From: an uncultured Alphaproteobacteria bacterium | GTDB lineage: Bacteria; Pseudomonadota; Alphaproteobacteria; CAAHEQ01; UBA3637 | Length of the DNA stretch: 64,000 nt | Direction of reading: 5' to 3' | Assembly: GCA_905236245.1 (NCBI GenBank) | Contig: CAJOPC010000005.1 | Span: forward strand, 539 to 64,538 | In this document: in pieces, positions 15,534 through 25,613 of the stretch | Layout of the letters: every line of letters begins with the position of its first letter | Position numbering within the stretch: the stretch's first letter is position 1 | Notes under the pieces: model-generated | The model's database searches: none | What the model was told of the DNA's origin: nothing | The model's input: the letters and a program-made list of their open reading frames with translations, nothing else | Program-made: the position numbers and the translations under genes

Positions 15534-18317
15534 TTATTTTAAAAGTTTTTTGAGGTATTGACCGGTATAACTTTCGTTGACCTTGGCAACTTGCTCCGGA
15601 GTTCCTGTAGCCACAACTTTTCCGCCCGCATGACCGCCTTCCGGGCCCATATCGATAATATAATCTGCCGATTTAATGATGTCTAAGTTGTGTTCAATTA
15701 CAACCACCGTATTGCCCGCATCTACCAAAGCTTGCAACACTTCTAACAATTTTTGAATGTCTGCAAAGTGCAAACCGGTTGTTGGTTCGTCCAAAATATA
15801 TAGGGTCTTTCCTGTGGACTTGCGAGAGAGTTCTTTGGCCAATTTAATACGCTGTGCTTCGCCGCCAGATAGTGTTACCGCCGATTGTCCCAAAGTAATG
15901 TAGCCAAGACCAACTTTGCGCAATAAATCACATTTATCACGAATGGTTGGCACATGACCAAAGAACTCAAACGCCTCATCCACGGTCATATTTAGGACAT
16001 CTGCAATAGATTTGTCTTTATATTTAATTTCCAAAGTTTCGCGATTATAGCGCGTGCCATGACATACATCACAAGTCACATACACGTCCGGTAAAAAGTT
16101 CATGGAAATTTGTTTAACGCCGTCGCCTTCGCATGCTTCACAGCGCCCGCCCGCTACATTGAATGAAAAACGACCTGCCTTGTAGCCACGTGCTTTTGCT
16201 TCCGGTAAGGCCGCATACCAATCACGAATAGGAGCAAACATACCTGTGTAAGTGGCAGGGTTAGATCGAGGCGTTCTTCCAATTGGACTTTGATCAATAT
16301 CGATAATCTTGTCAATACTGGAAGTGCCACGCATCGCTTTATAGGGGCCGGCCAGTTGCTTTGTTTTGCCGATAATATTGCTGAGGCCTTTATACAAAGT
16401 TTCAATAATCAAACTTGATTTACCTCCGCCGGATACGCCGGTTACACAAGTAAATGTGCCAAGCGGAATATCGACTTTTACATTTTTCAGATTATGACAG
16501 GTAGCACCTTCAATGGTTAAAAATTTACCGTTGCCTTCGCGACGTTTCGCGGGGGTTTTAATTTCTTTGGCACCGGACAAATATTGACCCGTCACAGATT
16601 TAGGATTCGCGGCCACTTCTTTTGGCGTTCCTTCGGCAACTAAGTGCCCGCCCAGTCGGCCGGCTTTCGGCCCGATATCAAAAATATAATCGGCCGCTTC
16701 CATTGTTTCTTGATCGTGTTCTACAACAATGACTGAATTGCCAAGGTCGCGCAAATGGAAAAGCGTTTCCAATAATTTATGATTGTCGCGTTGATGTAAG
16801 CCGATGGATGGTTCATCCAATACATATAAAACACCGGTCAGGCCTGAACCAATTTGACTGGCCAAACGAATTCGTTGTGCTTCTCCGCCAGATAGAGTGC
16901 CGCTGATCCGATTGAGTGGTAAATATCCTAAACCGACATTATTTAAGAACCGTAACCGTTCAATGATTTCTTTTAAAATACGTTCGGCGATTTCTTGTTT
17001 TTCGCGGTCTAGTTTGGATGGTACTTTTTGGAACCAGGCAAAAGAATCTGCAATAGATAATTCAGTGACCTCAGCGATGTTTTTGCCTGCAATTTTGACG
17101 GCTAATGCCTCTGGTTTTAAGCGAGTCCCACCACACGCCTCACACGGAGTGTTCAACATGTATTTGCTCATTTCTTCGCGCGTCCAATCAGATTCTGTTT
17201 CCAAATATCTGCGTTCCATATTTGGAATGACGCCTTCAAAATGACAGCCCTTTGTATGATAGCCATGTAAAATTGCTTCCTGAGTTTCTTTGGGTAATTT
17301 ACACCAGGGGGTTTCCATGTCTAAGGCCAAGGAACGGATGAGAGGACGCAAAGCATATTCATACCATTGATACATATCTCCAGAAGAGCTTGTCCAAGGA
17401 GCAATCGCTCCTTGTTTGATGGATAACTCGGGATGTTGAATCACCAAGCTTTCGTCTACCCCCTGTTTGGTGCCAAGGCCGGCACAAACGGGGCAAGCAC
17501 CTTCTGGATTGTTAAACGAAAACAGACGAGGCTCCAATTCTGCAATTGTAAAACCAGATACAGGACAGGCAAATTTGCTGGAATAAACTTTGGATTCATG
17601 GGAGGTTATGTTTTCTACTTCTAACAAGCCGTCGGCCAAAGATAGGCATTTTTCAACTGATCCCGCAATACGACCTTCAATTTCTTTTTTCACAACGATG
17701 CGATCTACCACAATGGAAATTGTGTGCTTTTTATTTTTGTCCAACTCGGGCGCCTCTTCTATTTCGTAAAATTCGCCATCTACTTTCAGACGAGTGAATC
17801 CTGCTTTTTGCCAAGAAGCAATTTCTTTTTTGTATTCGCCTTTGCGATCTCGGACAACCGGTGCCATCAAAATCAATTTCGTTCCTTCGGCTTCGGTTAA
17901 AATACCATCTGTCATCTGGCTGACGGTTAAAGCTTTAATTGGCAAGCCGGTAACTGGTGAATAAGGTGTGCCGGCACGTGCCCACAACAAACGCATATAA
18001 TCATAAATTTCCGTCACTGTTCCCACCGTAGAGCGCGGATTGTGACTGGTTGTTTTTTGTTCAATGGAAATAGCCGGAGAAAGCCCTTCGATCAGGTCTA
18101 CATCAGGTTTGCCCATCACATCCAAAAACTGACGCGCATAGGCGGACAAACTTTCCACATAGCGACGCTGACCTTCCGCATAAATGGTATCAAATGCCAA
18201 ACTGGATTTCCCCGAACCAGATACACCGGTAATCACCACCAATTGATTTTTAGGAATATCAATGTTGATGTTTTTTAAATTATGTTGGCGCGCCCCGCGG
18301 ATTTTGATGTGATCCAT
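15534..18317 (-). CDS. uvrA: excinuclease ABC subunit A
   Basis: 927 aa. The N-terminus is [41 protein letters not shown]. It has two ABC modules (GVSGSGKSS / [17 protein letters not shown] twice) and zinc-finger Cys clusters. Confidence 0.97.
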   Translation of the reverse strand: MDHIKIRGARQHNLKNINIDIPKNQLVVITGVSGSGKSSLAFDTIYAEGQRRYVESLSAYARQFLDVMGKPDVDLIEGLSPAISIEQKTTSHNPRSTVGTVTEIYDYMRLLWARAGTPYSPVTGLPIKALTVSQMTDGILTEAEGTKLILMAPVVRDRKGEYKKEIASWQKAGFTRLKVDGEFYEIEEAPELDKNKKHTISIVVDRIVVKKEIEGRIAGSVEKCLSLADGLLEVENITSHESKVYSSKFACPVSGFTIAELEPRLFSFNNPEGACPVCAGLGTKQGVDESLVIQHPELSIKQGAIAPWTSSSGDMYQWYEYALRPLIRSLALDMETPWCKLPKETQEAILHGYHTKGCHFEGVIPNMERRYLETESDWTREEMSKYMLNTPCEACGGTRLKPEALAVKIAGKNIAEVTELSIADSFAWFQKVPSKLDREKQEIAERILKEIIERLRFLNNVGLGYLPLNRISGTLSGGEAQRIRLASQIGSGLTGVLYVLDEPSIGLHQRDNHKLLETLFHLRDLGNSVIVVEHDQETMEAADYIFDIGPKAGRLGGHLVAEGTPKEVAANPKSVTGQYLSGAKEIKTPAKRREGNGKFLTIEGATCHNLKNVKVDIPLGTFTCVTGVSGGGKSSLIIETLYKGLSNIIGKTKQLAGPYKAMRGTSSIDKIIDIDQSPIGRTPRSNPATYTGMFAPIRDWYAALPEAKARGYKAGRFSFNVAGGRCEACEGDGVKQISMNFLPDVYVTCDVCHGTRYNRETLEIKYKDKSIADVLNMTVDEAFEFFGHVPTIRDKCDLLRKVGLGYITLGQSAVTLSGGEAQRIKLAKELSRKSTGKTLYILDEPTTGLHFADIQKLLEVLQALVDAGNTVVVIEHNLDIIKSADYIIDMGPEGGHAGGKVVATGTPEQVAKVNESYTGQYLKKLLK

Positions 18318-18340
18318 GTATTACTCCTTGTTGGGCAAAT

Positions 18341-18369
18341 ATTATATAGGATTTTATGTTAAAAATCAA
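18341..18369 (-). promoter_or_regulatory. candidate sigma-70-type promoter (TTGATT-17-TATAAT) for uvrA
   Basis: Read on the minus strand: -35 at 18369-18364 and -10 at 18346-18341, about 24 nt upstream of ATG 18317. I saw no alphaproteobacterial LexA box (GTTC-N7-GTTC). Confidence 0.45.
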
Positions 18370-18393
18370 ACAGATTTTAGAATGGGTTTTTTA

Positions 18394-18484
18394 TGGCGGA
18401 AGGAGGGGGATTCGAACCCCCGATAGAGAAAATCCCTATAACAGATTTCGAGTCTGCCGCATTCGACCACTCTGCCATCCTTCC
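18394..18484 (-). tRNA. tRNA-Ser (anticodon CGA), CCA encoded
   Basis: The minus-strand sequence is GGAAGGATGGCAGAGTGGTCGAATGCGGCAGACTCGAAATCTGTTATAGGGATTTTCTCTATCGGGGGTTCGAATCCCCCTCCTTCCGCCA. It folds by eye into a 7-bp acceptor stem, a CTCGAAA anticodon loop, a long variable arm and a GGGGG/TTCGAAT/CCCCC T-arm. Confidence 0.9.
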
Positions 18485-18518
18485 GTGTCTGCTCTCAATC
18501 TGATCATGCTGTTGCATG

Positions 18519-18597
18519 TAACAGATTTGTCCGCTTCGCGTTCTCTCCCTTCGGTCGGTAGCGAGTCTGCCGCATTCGACCACTCTGCCATCCTTCC
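18519..18597 (-). pseudogene. truncated tRNA-Ser 5'-half duplicate with a 33-nt insertion in the anticodon
   Basis: 18597->18562 repeats tRNA nucleotides 1-36 exactly. Next come 33 unrelated nt (18561->18529), then AAATCTGTTA (18528->18519). After that homology ends, and no variable or T arm is present. Confidence 0.6.
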
Positions 18598-18645
18598 AAA
18601 AGAACGCCAAAATTTTAGCATATATTCGGTAAAAAATCAAGGAAA

Positions 18646-19221
18646 TTATCCCTTTAGGTGGGCGACCAATTTTGCCAAAGCGCGGGCGCGATGGGAAATT
18701 TTGTTTTTGACTTCTGAAGGTAAACCGCCAAAAGTTTTATCATAACCTTCGGGGACAAAAATCGGATCAAAACCAAAGTTGCTGCAAGAATTATCCATGT
18801 TGGGTGTTAAATGTCCTTGCACTTGGCCTTCAAAAAATAACGGATCTTTTCCGGGTTCTGCTAAACACAAACAACAAGTAAAGTGCGCGGAAAAATCTTC
18901 TTTCAAACGAGCTAACAAAACATTAAATACAGCAGGATATCCCCCATTTTGGGCGGCATATCTGGCCGAAAAAATGCCCGGCTCGTTATTTAAGGCATGC
19001 ACACAAAGGCCGGAATCATCCGCCAATGAAAGCATGTTCGAAAACTTGGCTGCATGGGTGGCTTTTAACGCGCTATTTTCTTGAAAAGTAGTTCCTGTTT
19101 CTTCAATGTCAGGTAGTCCGACATCATCAGCCCCCAAAACATGATAACCGAGTGGCTCCAATAATGTTTTAAATTCTTTTAGTTTGTGCAGATTGTGTGT
19201 TGCAATTAAAATATCAGTCAT
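18646..19221 (-). CDS. rdgB: non-canonical purine NTP pyrophosphatase (dITP/XTP), RdgB/HAM1 family
   Basis: 191 aa with ILIATHNLHKLKEF, ETGTTFQENSALKA, FGFDPIFVPEGY and SHRARA. Confidence 0.9.
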   Translation of the reverse strand: MTDILIATHNLHKLKEFKTLLEPLGYHVLGADDVGLPDIEETGTTFQENSALKATHAAKFSNMLSLADDSGLCVHALNNEPGIFSARYAAQNGGYPAVFNVLLARLKEDFSAHFTCCLCLAEPGKDPLFFEGQVQGHLTPNMDNSCSNFGFDPIFVPEGYDKTFGGLPSEVKNKISHRARALAKLVAHLKG

Positions 19222-19313
19222 AATTTTATTCTACAGATTGTTGTCGCAAAAGTCAAATTTTTCTTGACTCATGGTTGGGTTTAACATAACCTAATCGAGG
19301 ATAAGGAGGTTCC

Positions 19314-19733
19314 ATGTTAGAGCGTACATTTTCAATCATTAAACCGGACGCAACTGCGCGTCATTTGGAAGACGAAATCAATGATAAAATTCGAGCGGCA
19401 GGATTAAAAATTATTGCCTCCAGACGGGTTGAACATCCGACGCGCGAACAATTTGAAGCTTTTTATGCCGAACATAAAGGAAAACCATTTTATGCAGATT
19501 TGTTGACCTTTATGACTTCCGGCCCGATTGTGGTTCAAGTGTTGGAAGGTGAAGATGCCATCCAACGCTACCGCGCATTGATGGGAAGAACAGATCCGGC
19601 GGAAGCCGCAGACGGGACTTTGCGCAAGATTTATGCAGAAAGCAAAAGTCGCAATTCTGTGCATGGTTCGGATGGCCCCGAAAGCGCCAAACGCGAGATT
19701 GCTTTGTGGTTCACCGAGGACGAATTGAAATAA
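19314..19733 (+). CDS. ndk: nucleoside diphosphate kinase
   Basis: Has [22 protein letters not shown], the active-site NSVHGSD, and a GGAGG SD. Length 139 aa. Confidence 0.95.
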   Translation: MLERTFSIIKPDATARHLEDEINDKIRAAGLKIIASRRVEHPTREQFEAFYAEHKGKPFYADLLTFMTSGPIVVQVLEGEDAIQRYRALMGRTDPAEAADGTLRKIYAESKSRNSVHGSDGPESAKREIALWFTEDELK

Positions 19734-19779
19734 CCTTAAAAAATCGCTTTAAAAAAGCATAATTTTTTATAAAAACTCC

Positions 19780-19809
19780 TTGCTTTTTTTACGCAAAATC
19801 AGCTATACT
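19780..19809 (+). promoter_or_regulatory. candidate promoter (TTGCTT-18-TATACT) at the head of the dcw cluster
   Basis: Hexamers read directly, 24 nt upstream of rsmH ATG 19833. Confidence 0.35.
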
Positions 19810-19832
19810 TTTCAAAAAGAAAAGGATGTGGA

Positions 19833-20738
19833 ATGAATGCTGCACATATACCGGTACTATTAGGAGAAGTTTTAAAATTTTTATCGCCTAATGGGGGTGT
19901 TTTTGTCGATGGCACCTTTGGCGCCGGTGGTTATACGCATGCTATTTTATCCGCCAACCAAAATAACCGGGTCATTGCATTTGATCGCGATCCGATTATT
20001 TCCCCGATAGCTCAAAAAATTAAAAAGGACTTTGGGAATCGTTTTACCTTTATCCAAGATTGTTTTAGTTCAATGTCGAAACATCTGACACAACAGGTGG
20101 ACGGAATTGTATTGGATATAGGCGTATCATCTATGCAAATTGATACACCGGAGCGTGGTTTTTCATGGCGTTTTGATGGGCCATTAGATATGCGCATGGG
20201 GAATCAAGGGCCTACGGCGGCAGAGCTGATTGAAGCGTTGCCCGAGAGTCAATTGGCTGATATTTTATTTCGTTATGGAGAGGAGCGACAAAGTCGCAAA
20301 ATTGCGCACGCATTAAAAGAGGCTTTGCCCAAGACAACCACAGAAATGGCATCGGTTATTCACCATGTGATGCCCCGTCCAAAGGATGGCTCCGATAGTG
20401 CAATGAGGTCGTTTCAAGCGCTTCGCATTGCTGTGAATAATGAATTGGATGAGTTGGAACAAACACTTTTGCAAACGCCAAAATTGTTGTCGCCGAAAGG
20501 ACGGTTAGTTGTTGTGTCTTTTCATTCCTTAGAAGATCGGATTGTAAAAGATTTTTTAAATAGTCACTCGGCGAAATCAGTCCATAAAAATAAATATGCT
20601 TCAGAAAAGATCGAAGACGGATTATTCCAAATTCTGACGAGAAAACCGGTTTTGGCAGATTCTGATGAATTGAAACAAAATCCCAGGGCGCATAGTGCTA
20701 AATTACGTGCCGCACAAAGAACCGAGGTGCCCGCATGA
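19833..20738 (+). CDS. rsmH: 16S rRNA (cytosine1402-N4)-methyltransferase RsmH (MraW)
   Basis: Has HIPVLLGEV, DGTFGAGGYT, GIVLDIGVSSMQID, RGFSWRFDGPLDMRM and SFHSLEDRIVK. Confidence 0.93.
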   Translation: MNAAHIPVLLGEVLKFLSPNGGVFVDGTFGAGGYTHAILSANQNNRVIAFDRDPIISPIAQKIKKDFGNRFTFIQDCFSSMSKHLTQQVDGIVLDIGVSSMQIDTPERGFSWRFDGPLDMRMGNQGPTAAELIEALPESQLADILFRYGEERQSRKIAHALKEALPKTTTEMASVIHHVMPRPKDGSDSAMRSFQALRIAVNNELDELEQTLLQTPKLLSPKGRLVVVSFHSLEDRIVKDFLNSHSAKSVHKNKYASEKIEDGLFQILTRKPVLADSDELKQNPRAHSAKLRAAQRTEVPA

Positions 20739-21082
20739 AAAAATGGATTGTAAATCTTGTTTTGCTTTTTATTGCGGTTAGCAGCGGCATCGGTTTGTTT
20801 TTGATGAAACAGCGTGTGGTGGAGTATGAAAAACAACTGGCAAATTTACACAAGAGTATTCTTGCGGACATGAGAGAGATTCATACTTTAAAGGCCGATT
20901 GGGCTGTTTTGACTGAACCATCTCGTTTAAGAAAATTGCTGAGTGAAAGTCAGTTGCATCAAATTCATGTTAAACAGGTTGTATCTGCAACGGATGTTCA
21001 ATTGACGCCCGTTCCTGTTCCGCCGCCAAAGCCTCAGTTTGAGGAGATTGATGAAAGCGAGGATATAGATGCTGTTCAATAG
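20735..21082 (+). CDS. ftsL: cell division protein FtsL (alphaproteobacterial type)
   Basis: 115 aa with a single N-terminal TM segment followed by a coiled coil. It sits between rsmH and ftsI, with an ATGA overlap. Confidence 0.7.
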   Translation: MKKWIVNLVLLFIAVSSGIGLFLMKQRVVEYEKQLANLHKSILADMREIHTLKADWAVLTEPSRLRKLLSESQLHQIHVKQVVSATDVQLTPVPVPPPKPQFEEIDESEDIDAVQ

Positions 21083-22823
21083 AAAAAAATCTTCGGCAGT
21101 TTTTTATAGACCTTGTTGTGAGATTCCTTCTCCGCAAAAGGAAAAAGAACGATATGTAGATCCGACAACCAAAAAAAGTTTGAAAATTGCCGCAGGGCGA
21201 GCTTTGTTTTTATCTATTATTTTCGTATTATTCTTTTTTGTGATTTGGGGTAGGTTGTTTTATCTAACTGTTTTGAATTACAGCAAGCGTCCAACAACAT
21301 CTTTGCAATGGGATCGACTTGAAAGTTTGCCGCGATATAACATTACCGATAGAAATGGTGTTGTTTTGGCAACGACTCTTTCCTCGTGGGATATCTCGGT
21401 TAACCCTTCCAAGGTGAAAGACCCTGAAGAAGTGGCTCGCCAAATTGTTGAAAAAATACCAGATCTTGATGAAAAGGAAGTTTTAGCAAAGCTGACTTCT
21501 GATTCGAATTTTAAGTATATTAAAAGAGGTGCGACGCCAACGGAATTAGAGGCGGTGAATTGGTTGGGATATCATTTTTTAACCTATGAAGCGGTGAATA
21601 AACGTGCTTATCCGCAAGGACCACTTTTTTCCCATATTTTGGGCGGCGTCAACATCGACAACGTGGGTATTGCAGGCGTTGAAAAGGCGTTTGATGCCGA
21701 ATTAAAAGAACATGAATTACAGCTTTCTTTGGATACTTCTGTGCAAGAAATGGTTCGCACTAATTTACAAAACGGTATTGCAAAATACAAAGCCGAAGGG
21801 GGCTTGGGAATTGTATTGGATATTAATACGGGCGAAATATTGGCCAGTGTTTCTTTACCAGATTATGATCCGGAGCTTCCCGCTGATAAGGATGCTAATG
21901 ATCGGTTTAATATGCCGACTTTGGGCGTTTATGAATTTGGTTCAGTGTTTAAATTATTTAACACGGCAATGGCTTTGGAAAATAAAGTTGTGAAGATAAC
22001 GGATGTTGTTGATGCATCCCATCCTTTGAAAATCGGAAAAAAGACGATGGAAGATTTCCATGGTCAAAATCGTCCTTTGACGATTACAGAAATTTTGATG
22101 CATTCCTCCAATATTGGATCAGCAAAAATTGCTTTGGAAGCAGGTTATCAAAAGCAACGAGATTTTTTGCAAAAATTTAATTTTTATGAAAAGTTGCCTA
22201 TCCCTTTGCCAGAGCGTGGGCAGCCTTTATATAACACAAAGGAAAAATGGGCAGACATTGAAAGTGCAAACGTGTCTTTTGGATATGGTATTGCCATTAC
22301 GCCACTCCATTTAATTGCGGGCGTTGCGGCTCTTACAAATGGTGGATATTATAATGTTCCGACTTTTTTAAAAAACGGGAATAAAGATAAAGCCGCCACG
22401 AAAGTATTAGATTCAAATATATCTGAAAAACTACGCCAAATGATGTGGGCGGTTATCAATTGGGATCCGTGGACAAAAAATCCGGCCAAATATTATGCGG
22501 TTGGTGGTAAAACAGGAACGGCTAATATGAAAGATGGGCGATCCTATAATACGAACAAAGTGAGAACTAGTTTTGTAGGGGTGTTCCCCGTGAATAATCC
22601 AAAGTATGCGGTGCAGGTAACTTTGTTGAATCCGAAAGGAATCAAGGAGACACATATGTTTAACAATGCTGGCTGGAATGCTAAGTTTGTTGGACTAACA
22701 ATTATCAACGAAATAGCTCCTTACTTAAATGTGGCGCCGGTTTTGGATTATCAACCTCCGGAATTCGTGCAAAAATCTATCGATATTTCTTTAATTAAAA
22801 ATGGAAGGAAAAAAGCGCAATGA
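21069..22823 (+). CDS. ftsI: peptidoglycan D,D-transpeptidase FtsI (PBP3)
   Basis: Has a TM anchor, a PBP dimerisation region, and the transpeptidase motifs SVFK (SxxK), SSN and KTGT. Confidence 0.9.
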   Translation: MLFNRKKSSAVFYRPCCEIPSPQKEKERYVDPTTKKSLKIAAGRALFLSIIFVLFFFVIWGRLFYLTVLNYSKRPTTSLQWDRLESLPRYNITDRNGVVLATTLSSWDISVNPSKVKDPEEVARQIVEKIPDLDEKEVLAKLTSDSNFKYIKRGATPTELEAVNWLGYHFLTYEAVNKRAYPQGPLFSHILGGVNIDNVGIAGVEKAFDAELKEHELQLSLDTSVQEMVRTNLQNGIAKYKAEGGLGIVLDINTGEILASVSLPDYDPELPADKDANDRFNMPTLGVYEFGSVFKLFNTAMALENKVVKITDVVDASHPLKIGKKTMEDFHGQNRPLTITEILMHSSNIGSAKIALEAGYQKQRDFLQKFNFYEKLPIPLPERGQPLYNTKEKWADIESANVSFGYGIAITPLHLIAGVAALTNGGYYNVPTFLKNGNKDKAATKVLDSNISEKLRQMMWAVINWDPWTKNPAKYYAVGGKTGTANMKDGRSYNTNKVRTSFVGVFPVNNPKYAVQVTLLNPKGIKETHMFNNAGWNAKFVGLTIINEIAPYLNVAPVLDYQPPEFVQKSIDISLIKNGRKKAQ

Positions 22824-25612
22824 AATTAAAAGAACTTTTAGATACCTCATTAGATATAGATATTTCTGGCATTACCGAAAGGGCTTCGGATGTACAGCCG
22901 GGTGATGTTTTTTGCGCCATTAAAGGGACAAAGGTAAATGGTGCCGATTTCATTGATTCGGCGATCGAAAAAGGGGCTGTGGCTATTTTAACGGATCAAG
23001 AAATTACAACCACTGTTCCGGTTGTAAAATGCGAAAATCCGCGCACCATTTTGACACAAATCTGTGCTAAACTTTATCCGTCAGAGCAATTAAAAAAGGT
23101 TGCAGTCACCGGAACAAATGGTAAAACTTCCACGGTTTATTATACGGCCCAAATTATGAATGCGTTGGGCGTGTTAAGTGCCAGCATGGGAACAATCGGT
23201 ATTGATTCTCCTGTTTACAAGCAAGATGGTAAAATGACAATGCCGGATGGTGTCAGGTTAAACAAGTCCTTTCACGATTTGCAAGAAAAAGGTATTCAAG
23301 TTGTGGCGATGGAAGCGTCAAGTCATGGGTTGGATCAAGGCCGCTTGGATGGACACAAAGTGCAGGCAGCGGCTTTCACGAATTTAACGCGAGATCATTT
23401 AGATTATCATCAAACAATGGAAAATTATTTGAACGCAAAAATGCGTCTGTTTTCAGATTATATTGTTGAAAATGGAATGGCAGTATTAAATGCGGATGTC
23501 CCGGAATATGATGTCTTAAAGCAGGTATGTTTACAAAAAAAATTGAACATTATTTCGTATGGAAAAAATGCTGAAACATTGAAATTGGTTCAACAAAAAC
23601 CGATGCAAGATGGTCAAATTTTGACCATTGAAGTTGATGGTAAAACATATGAAATCCCTTTGAAAATTTATGGTGATTTTCAAGCATACAATATTTTGGC
23701 AGCCACAGGATTGTGCATGGGGCTTGGAAAAACATGGACAGAAATTGCCGCTATTTTGCCGAGTTTAGTATCGCCGCCAGGACGATTGGAGCCCATTGGA
23801 GAAATAAACGGAGCTCAAATTTTTGTCGATTATGCACATACACCGGATGCGTTAGAGCGGGTTTTAAATTCTTTAAGACCTCATACACAAAACAAACTCA
23901 GTTGTTTATTTGGTTGCGGGGGTAATCGGGATAAAGGAAAACGTCCTCAGATGGGAGAGATTGCAGATCGGTTAGCAGATGTCGTGTATATCACGGATGA
24001 TAATCCGCGGGATGAAGAACCGGAAATGATCCGCCAAGAAATCAAACAAGCATGTCCGAAGGGAATAGAGGTCGATTCCAGACAACAAGCTATTCAAACG
24101 GCTATTCAAAATTTGACAGCCGGCGATATTCTTGTGTTGGCCGGGAAAGGACATGAATCTGGTCAAACAATTAAAGGTGTTGAGTATCCGTTTAATGATA
24201 AAATTGAGGTTCAACAAATCTTAAAATCTTTAACGCCAAATCCGTTGTGGACAGGGAAAGAATTACAACTTGCTTTAAATAATCCTTCTGTTCTGCCGGA
24301 ATTAAAAGCCTATGGAGTTGTGTTTAATTCGAGAGAAACAAAAGTCGGTGATATTTTTATTGCCCTGACAACGGGCCAAACGGATGGACATCAATATGTT
24401 CAAGATGCTTTGAATAGAGGGGCTGTTGTGTGTATTGTTTCTCATGAAATGCCAAATGTTTTTGCGCATCAACAAATTGTTGTGCCCGATACATTACAGG
24501 CTTTGCATGCTTTGGCACGATTTGCGCGTATGCGGACTCAGGCCCAAGTGGTGGGTATTACGGGCAGTTGTGGAAAAACTTCCACAAAGGAAATGTTGCT
24601 TGCGACGCTCCAAGAACAAGGAATTGCTTATGCAACGGCGGCCAATTTTAACAATAACTTAGGCGTTCCATTTACCTTGGCTAATATGCCGGCAAATACG
24701 CAGTATGCCATTATTGAAATGGGGGTCAGCCATCCGGGAGAAATGACTGAATTGTCTGATTTTGTACGACCGAATGTGACAATCGTGACAAATATCGCTC
24801 CGGCGCATCAAGAATTTTTCCCGGATAAGCGTGCAATTGCTGCCGAAAAAATTCATATTTTAGATTATCAAAGTAAAGATGGGACTATTGTTTTAAACGC
24901 AGATGATGAGCAATCTCAATTTATGGCAGACACAGCAGTTGCCGCCGGAATCAAGAAAATTATTCGTTTTGGTCAAAATGATCAATCGGATTTTAAGTTG
25001 CTTTCTGCGCGCGTGACCAATGATGCAACAATTGTTTCTGCTCAATGGTATGAGGAAAAATTAGATTTTGCTTTACGGTTGATCGGTCGGCATTTTGCCA
25101 TAAACGCCTTGGGTGTTTTGGCCGTTATTGACGCCTTGGGCGCGAGTGTAGATTATGCAGTCAAAACATTGGAAAAGTTGAAGCCTATTGCCGGTCGAGG
25201 TCAAACAACGGATCTGTCTATAAACGGAAAAACCGTTCATATTATAGACGATGCTTACAATGCAAATCCGGCCTCTATGGGGGCGGGAATTGCCGCTTTA
25301 GGTGCGCGGTCCGGACAGAAAATTGCCGTATTGGGAGACATGTTGGAATTAGGTGACAATTCCTATCAAATGCATCTTGACATATTGGATCAATTGGAGG
25401 AAAATGGGGTCAGCAAATTGTATGCTGTCGGGCCCATTATGAGTCAAGTCTTTGATTTAGCCCCCCCTCATTTGCAAGGAGCAAAAGCCCCTTCGGCCGT
25501 GGAGTTGGCCGATCGCTTGCGCATGGATTTGCAAGATGGGGATTGGGTTCTTTTCAAGGCATCCCATGGCATTGGATTAGCTAAATTAATAAAGGAATTA
25601 AAAGGAGAGTAA
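22820..25612 (+). CDS. murE-murF: fused MurE (UDP-MurNAc-tripeptide synthetase, mDAP type) / MurF (UDP-MurNAc-pentapeptide synthetase)
   Basis: This is a single 930-aa ORF. Residues 1-470 are MurE-like (GTNGKTST, DNPR motif, GKGHE). Residues from about 473 (24236 onward) are MurF-like (LWTGKEL..., GITGSCGKTSTKEM, DDAYNANPASM). There is no stop or frame change at the junction, around 24229-24236. Confidence 0.85.
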   Translation: MKLKELLDTSLDIDISGITERASDVQPGDVFCAIKGTKVNGADFIDSAIEKGAVAILTDQEITTTVPVVKCENPRTILTQICAKLYPSEQLKKVAVTGTNGKTSTVYYTAQIMNALGVLSASMGTIGIDSPVYKQDGKMTMPDGVRLNKSFHDLQEKGIQVVAMEASSHGLDQGRLDGHKVQAAAFTNLTRDHLDYHQTMENYLNAKMRLFSDYIVENGMAVLNADVPEYDVLKQVCLQKKLNIISYGKNAETLKLVQQKPMQDGQILTIEVDGKTYEIPLKIYGDFQAYNILAATGLCMGLGKTWTEIAAILPSLVSPPGRLEPIGEINGAQIFVDYAHTPDALERVLNSLRPHTQNKLSCLFGCGGNRDKGKRPQMGEIADRLADVVYITDDNPRDEEPEMIRQEIKQACPKGIEVDSRQQAIQTAIQNLTAGDILVLAGKGHESGQTIKGVEYPFNDKIEVQQILKSLTPNPLWTGKELQLALNNPSVLPELKAYGVVFNSRETKVGDIFIALTTGQTDGHQYVQDALNRGAVVCIVSHEMPNVFAHQQIVVPDTLQALHALARFARMRTQAQVVGITGSCGKTSTKEMLLATLQEQGIAYATAANFNNNLGVPFTLANMPANTQYAIIEMGVSHPGEMTELSDFVRPNVTIVTNIAPAHQEFFPDKRAIAAEKIHILDYQSKDGTIVLNADDEQSQFMADTAVAAGIKKIIRFGQNDQSDFKLLSARVTNDATIVSAQWYEEKLDFALRLIGRHFAINALGVLAVIDALGASVDYAVKTLEKLKPIAGRGQTTDLSINGKTVHIIDDAYNANPASMGAGIAALGARSGQKIAVLGDMLELGDNSYQMHLDILDQLEENGVSKLYAVGPIMSQVFDLAPPHLQGAKAPSAVELADRLRMDLQDGDWVLFKASHGIGLAKLIKELKGE

Positions 25613-25613
25613 A

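Noticed and set aside
18318-18393. I looked for an SOS (LexA) operator upstream of uvrA.
   Set aside because: No GTTC-N7-GTTC / GAAC-N7-GAAC (alphaproteobacterial) or CTGT-N8-ACAG (E. coli-type) motif is present. Only a sigma-70-like promoter was seen.
18356-18745. ORFs across the tRNA region (18356..18745 +, 18377..18640 -, 18436..18621 -), which show a repeated peptide GRMAEWSNAADS.
   Set aside because: The repeated peptide is just the translation of the duplicated tRNA-Ser 5' half. The region is explained by the tRNA plus its pseudo-copy.
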